64,000 nt of DNA from Pseudomonadota bacterium. GTDB lineage: Bacteria > Pseudomonadota > Alphaproteobacteria > Paracaedibacterales > CAITNM01. Within the stretch, counting starts at the first letter, position 1, and each line of letters starts with the position of its first letter. Where the stretch lies: the NCBI GenBank assembly GCA_018062345.1, contig JAGOSL010000002.1:130192-194191 (forward strand), in the 5' to 3' direction. This document shows, piece after piece, positions 59,847 to 64,000 of the stretch. A program made the position numbers and the translations under genes. The notes below the pieces were generated by a model, which did no database searches, had not been told where the DNA came from, and saw nothing but the letters and a program-made list of their open reading frames with translations.

Positions 59847-60179
59847 ATGGCTTTTACTATGAGCAAATCAACAATTTTTGCGTTAATATTCTCATTCATG
59901 TTCTTGGGATGTATTTTTTTTCTAAGTGGCTTTTTTACAGCTGCAAATCTTTATCGCGAACAACATGTTGTTCATGCAGAAAGCAGACAGCATGTGCCGA
60001 CAGAAACAGCTATTTTACAGGGGCGTCCCGAGAAAATTGTTAATATGGGAACAGGTTTAGCTTATGCGGCTCCTCAAGCCTATCAACATCAAGGTGGTGT
60101 CAAAGTTGATCAAACAAGAAGAAGGCCTTCCATTTATGCAGAGCGATATATATCTGGTCACCAGCCCAATTATCGCTAA
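59847..60179 (+). CDS. hypothetical small membrane protein
   Basis: ATG preceded by GAGG. One TM (IFALIFSFMFLGCIFFLSGFF). The upstream part of track ORF 59538.. has no coding signal I can support. Confidence 0.3.
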   Translation: MAFTMSKSTIFALIFSFMFLGCIFFLSGFFTAANLYREQHVVHAESRQHVPTETAILQGRPEKIVNMGTGLAYAAPQAYQHQGGVKVDQTRRRPSIYAERYISGHQPNYR

Positions 60180-60244
60180 GTAGCCATCGTCACTATTATT
60201 GGCTAGTATGATTTTTGAAAAAATTAATTTGGTTTTTAGCTTTT

Positions 60245-61585
60245 ATGGTGCGTGTTCGTTTTGCTCCTTCTCCTACTGGATATTTACATATTGGTAATGC
60301 CAGAGCAGCTTTAATTAATTATCTTTATGCACTTCGTCATAACGGTGAATTTATTTTAAGAATAGATGACACCGATTTAGAAAGATCAAAGCCTGAGTAT
60401 GAGGAGGCTATCTATCGTGATTTTGAGTGGCTTGGAATAAAATATTCGCAAACCTTTCGTCAGTCTGAGAGGTTCGATCGTTATGTACAAGTAAGGGATA
60501 TGCTAATAAAAAATGGAAAATTGTACCCTTGCTACGAAACACCAGAAGATCTTGATTTCAAGAGAAAGCGCCAAATGGCAAAAGGGCATCCACCTATTTA
60601 CGATCGCGCAGCCCTTTTATTAACTGATGCAGAAAAATCTGAATTTGAAGAGGCAGGGCGTAGCCCCCATTGGCGCTTTAAATTAGATCATGAGCCAATT
60701 GTTTGGCAGGATATGGTTCGTGGTGAGGTGAGATATAATGGGGCTCAACTTAGCGATCCTGTTTTAATTAGAGCAGATGGAATGTTTTTGTACAGCTTAT
60801 GTTCTGTAATTGATGACATTGATTATGCAATAACTCATATTATTCGTGGTGAAGATCACGTCTCAAATACGGCAACTCAGGTTCAGCTTTTTAAGGCGGT
60901 AAATGGTGAAAAAGATTATTCTGTAACGTTTGCGCACACAACTTTATTGATGGATGAAGATGGGGCCCCTCTTTCAAAGCGCTTAGGAAGTTTGAGTTTA
61001 GGGCAGATGCACGATTCAGGAATTGAGCCAATGGCTATTGCATGCTTGTTGGCAAGACTTGGAACATCTCTTCCAATTGAACCTTTACTAACATTAGAAG
61101 AGTTGGCAAGCTCTTTTGATTTGTCTATTTTTAGTCGTACACCGCCAAGATTTAGCGAGAAAGACTTATGGGCGCTAAACCACAAACTCTATCATCTTAT
61201 GCCATTTACTCAGATAAAAGAGCATTTGGTAGCAAGTGGCTTTGTGGATTTCACTGAAGTACACTGGCGTGCTATTCATGACAATATTGAAAAATTTGAA
61301 GATTTGAAGCCATGGCAAGAAATTTTCTTTGGGCACATTCAAGGAACCTCTTCTGATAATGAATTTTTAAAAATAGCTTTGGATCTTTTGCCTAGTGGCC
61401 CGTGGAATGAGGAAACTTGGGGTATTTGGACTCAACGAATTAAAGAAAAAACTTCTCGCAAAGGTAAAGAGCTATTTATGCCGCTTCGACAAGCATTAAC
61501 TGCAATGGATCATGGACCTGAGATGAAAGCTTTACTACCATTAATAGGGGTAGAGAAAACTAAAGAAAGATTATGCGCAATGTAA
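60245..61585 (+). CDS. gltX: glutamate--tRNA ligase (short form)
   Basis: RFAPSPTGYLHIGNARAAL (HIGH) and PLSKRLGS (KMSKS variant). ATG 60245 preferred over the upstream TTG. Confidence 0.92.
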   Translation: MVRVRFAPSPTGYLHIGNARAALINYLYALRHNGEFILRIDDTDLERSKPEYEEAIYRDFEWLGIKYSQTFRQSERFDRYVQVRDMLIKNGKLYPCYETPEDLDFKRKRQMAKGHPPIYDRAALLLTDAEKSEFEEAGRSPHWRFKLDHEPIVWQDMVRGEVRYNGAQLSDPVLIRADGMFLYSLCSVIDDIDYAITHIIRGEDHVSNTATQVQLFKAVNGEKDYSVTFAHTTLLMDEDGAPLSKRLGSLSLGQMHDSGIEPMAIACLLARLGTSLPIEPLLTLEELASSFDLSIFSRTPPRFSEKDLWALNHKLYHLMPFTQIKEHLVASGFVDFTEVHWRAIHDNIEKFEDLKPWQEIFFGHIQGTSSDNEFLKIALDLLPSGPWNEETWGIWTQRIKEKTSRKGKELFMPLRQALTAMDHGPEMKALLPLIGVEKTKERLCAM

Positions 61586-62460
61586 CGGTTATTTTAGCGG
61601 GATCAGGTTGGGGTGCAGGAAATTTTGCAACAGCTGATGGCGCAGTAACTGTGCTACAATATCAACTTCTTAATAGCTTATTTGAGCATCCTGATGTTCA
61701 CGTTGAGGTGTATTATGCGCAGTGGCATTTAAATTCTGATGAAAAAAGTGAAGGGTATTCAATCGAGCAAAGGCGCGTTTACGTATTGCAATCTGCTTAT
61801 TGGGTGAGCAAGCAAGTAGAGCAAGCTGTTTTACGAGGAGACTTTGTTTTAGTGATTGGAGGAGATCACTCTCTTGCAATGGGGACCTGGAGCGGAGTGA
61901 ATAACGCTGGCCGAGATTTCGGATTGCTTTGGATTGATGCTCATATGGATGCGCATACGTATGAAACTACAATCTCAAATAATCCCCATGGCATGCCCGT
62001 TGCTGTATTGCTTGGAAGTGGAGATCGTGAGTTCGTTGATCTTGCAAAAAATCTTCCGATACTAAAACCTTCTGGACTTATACAGATGGGAATTCGTAGC
62101 TATGAAGAAAAGGAAAAATCTTTTTTGGAGCTCCTGGGAGTTAAAGTTGCATATCATTATAAGCGCCATTCCTATAGCGGGATTGAGTGTTTTGGTGAAA
62201 ATAGAAAGCTCTTGTTAAAAACATATCCATTTTTTGGGGTTAGTCTTGATATTGATGGAATTGATCCGATTTATTGTCCTGGAACGGGCACCCCAGAAGG
62301 AGAAGGGCTAGAGCTGGATGATATAGTGCAGTCACTTAAAGGAATTGTATTTGATTCAAAGTGTATTGGTTTAGAGATTGTTGAATATAATCCCTTGTTG
62401 GATCAAGAACATATTACTTTAAATGCGATTAAAAGAATTATAGACACTATTACTGTTTGA
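61573..62460 (+). CDS. arginase-family (ureohydrolase) enzyme
   Basis: Mn-binding motifs GGDHSLA, DAHMDAHT, SLDIDGIDP. Overlaps the gltX 3' end by 13 nt. Confidence 0.8.
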   Translation: MRNVTVILAGSGWGAGNFATADGAVTVLQYQLLNSLFEHPDVHVEVYYAQWHLNSDEKSEGYSIEQRRVYVLQSAYWVSKQVEQAVLRGDFVLVIGGDHSLAMGTWSGVNNAGRDFGLLWIDAHMDAHTYETTISNNPHGMPVAVLLGSGDREFVDLAKNLPILKPSGLIQMGIRSYEEKEKSFLELLGVKVAYHYKRHSYSGIECFGENRKLLLKTYPFFGVSLDIDGIDPIYCPGTGTPEGEGLELDDIVQSLKGIVFDSKCIGLEIVEYNPLLDQEHITLNAIKRIIDTITV

Positions 62461-62560
62461 GCATTATCTGGGCTGTAAAATTAGTGTATTGTCAAAAGTC
62501 ATCGCAAAAGTTATAAAAAACGTCTATAATTATCTTGATTTTACATTAAGGAGATTATGA

Positions 62561-62875
62561 ATGTTAGCGGTTACCGATGAGACTTTTGATCAAGAGGTTT
62601 TAAAGTCAGCATTACCAGTTGTGGTTGATTTTTGGGCTGAATGGTGTGGGCCGTGCCGCATGTTAACCCCTATTTTGGAAGAGTTAGCTCCTGAAATTAC
62701 TGGTAAAGCAGTGGTTGTGAAGGTGAATATAGACCAAAATCCGCAAGTAGCGAGTAAGTTAGGGGTTCGCAGTATTCCTACAATGATTTTGTTCAAAGAT
62801 GGGCAAGCTATTAGTAATATGGTTGGCGTGAATCCTAAGCCAAAAATAAAGTCCTGGATTGACTCTAATGTATAA
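62561..62875 (+). CDS. trxA: thioredoxin
   Basis: [10 protein letters not shown] active site. 104 aa. Confidence 0.93.
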   Translation: MLAVTDETFDQEVLKSALPVVVDFWAEWCGPCRMLTPILEELAPEITGKAVVVKVNIDQNPQVASKLGVRSIPTMILFKDGQAISNMVGVNPKPKIKSWIDSNV

Positions 62876-62962
62876 ATTTATTTTTTCTAAATAAGGGTGT
62901 TGCAGAAAAATTAAGACAATATCTTTTCAAAATGGTACATTTGTGCTAAATATTATCTTATG

Positions 62963-63038
62963 TTCCCCGGTAGCTCAGTTGGTAGAGCAAGTGGCTGTTA
63001 ACCACTGGGTCAGCGGTTCGAGTCCGTTCCGGGGAGCC
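62963..63038 (+). tRNA. tRNA-Asn (anticodon GTT), CCA encoded
   Basis: TCCCCGG-TA-GCTC-AGTTGGTA-GAGC-A-AGTGG-CTGTTAA-CCACT-GGGTC-AGCGG-TTCGAGT-CCGTT-CCGGGGA-G-CCA. Confidence 0.92.
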
Positions 63039-63142
63039 AATAAATGAAGGCGTTTTAGGGGCTTTTGTTTTTAGTCAAAAAATTTCAGTGCTACCCTGGT
63101 GCTACTTTTAACGAAAGTTAAGAAAATATCTTAATTGAAATT

Positions 63143-63188
63143 TCCTAGATTTTAAGGCCATGGGTTCGAATCCCGTCGGGAACGCCAA
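63143..63188 (+). repeat. third, inverted copy of the tRNA-Arg(CCU) 3' segment (34 nt exact, 5' third diverged)
   Basis: 63155-63188 aggccatgggttcgaatcccgtcgggaacgccaa is identical to the tRNA-Arg 3' end. 63143-63154 (ttcctagatttta) is a diverged match to the anticodon region. No tRNA 5' half precedes it. Confidence 0.85.
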
Positions 63189-63425
63189 CTATATCTACGC
63201 ATTTAAGATTTAGTAGCGCAATAAAAAATTGCTCGGGGTTACACTGGAGTTACATTTAACTGGCTATGAATCACAGGCTTTTCTCTTTTGTGAATTTCGA
63301 TAAAAAAACTTCAAGAATTCCCAAATTTTTGTATTCAACTTAGGTAATTTTTAACAAGAAAATAACCCATACATTGCCTTGGTTTATGTGCTATAAAGGT
63401 CCCATGAAATAAAAAAAATTATATC

Positions 63426-64000
63426 ATGTTTTTAATTCTTTTAGCTGCACTAGCGCCTTTCTTATTTTCAGCAAATGAAAGTTCTTTTGAAGACTATCCA
63501 TTGATTAAGGATGCTAGAAATTATAAGAATTCTTCTGGTGGGAAAGGTATCAAAGCTCAAGGAATTCCTCTTTTAACAAAAACAGAGAGAATGATCATTG
63601 GTGAAAATTTTCTTGATTTGGATGATGATACAGTCACCAAATACCCATGGAGATACTTAGTCACCATGAATTTCAAGAAAACTACAACAAAAAAACTTGT
63701 AGAATTGGCTGCTAAGTTAGCCACACAACTTTTACCTTCTACCGAATGTAGTCGCTTAGCAATCTTAATTGGAATTAATGAAAAGATAAAATCAACTGAC
63801 GATATAGATGAAGTATCCTTTAATTGGGAAGAATTAAGAAATAAAAGAGAAAAATTACAAGCTCTAGGAGTGCCAATTCTTTTCATTTATACACCTTGGG
63901 CTGCATATAGGGATGGTCCTGAAAAAGAAATGACACCTGAGGATATTATTAGAAATATTAAACATTTATCAGACAATGTTAAAAAACAAGCAGAAAGTCC
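63426..64000 (+). CDS. hypothetical secreted protein (3' end outside window; absent from the ORF track)
   Basis: The frame is open from ATG 63426 to the window edge (191 codons). Signal-like MFLILLAALAPFLFSANE. The antisense track ORF 63557..63886 is its shadow. Confidence 0.45.
   Translation, partial: MFLILLAALAPFLFSANESSFEDYPLIKDARNYKNSSGGKGIKAQGIPLLTKTERMIIGENFLDLDDDTVTKYPWRYLVTMNFKKTTTKKLVELAAKLATQLLPSTECSRLAILIGINEKIKSTDDIDEVSFNWEELRNKREKLQALGVPILFIYTPWAAYRDGPEKEMTPEDIIRNIKHLSDNVKKQAES

Noticed and set aside
63557-63886. 109-aa minus-strand ORF from the track
   Set aside because: It is antisense to a longer open frame (63426 to the window end) that has a signal peptide and more protein-like composition.

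Overview
AT-rich, gene-dense bacterial chromosome segment with about 60 CDS, 3 intact tRNAs and 1 riboswitch. All calls come from reading the translations and the DNA by eye; no database search, HMM or composition calculation was possible. Gene content and local gene orders (gpmI-envC-ctpA, lptA-lptB, a DUF1849/EipB-like protein, holC, ubiA, a short GluRS, yejE) fit an alphaproteobacterium. It is probably host-associated or intracellular, given Sel1-repeat and other orphan secreted proteins and scrambled canonical operons; this is inference. Housekeeping genes recognised: gmk, mltG, uvrB, pheST, holC, ubiA, rsmE, lspA, ileS, pnp, rpsO, truB, rplT, rpmI, ychF, acpP, fabF, mutS, gpmI, ctpA, lptAB, gltX, trxA, and tRNA-Val/Arg/Asn. 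The most notable structure is three copies of the 3' part of tRNA-Arg(CCU). The intact gene is at 37069-37145. A perfect 47-48 nt direct copy lies at 20554-20601. A third, inverted and partly diverged copy lies at 63143-63188. About 95 nt downstream of the intact gene and of the third copy are homologous, and they carry covarying 7-mer direct repeats spaced 11 bp apart. This looks like the att sites of tRNA-targeting integrative elements, but no integrase is visible, and the 16.5 kb between the direct copies mixes accessory and core genes. The accessory genes are an FeS-type (6-4) photolyase with DUF2256, TspO and an SDR, plus a minus-strand operon of an O-antigen-ligase-like/TPR protein, a lipoprotein secretin, a HAD phosphatase and the SDR. 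A type IV pilin-like gene and a 691-aa tandem-repeat surface protein also lie there. The core genes are pnp, rpsO, truB, rplT and rpmI. The best candidate for an undescribed system is a dispersed glyco-pilin/secretin module inside this att-bracketed segment. Other items: a cobalamin riboswitch with btuB and tonB, a truncated stand-alone AtpC-like gene, an autotransporter-passenger-like protein without a barrel, and several orphan secreted proteins. No CRISPR array, IS transposase, integrase or rRNA was recognised.
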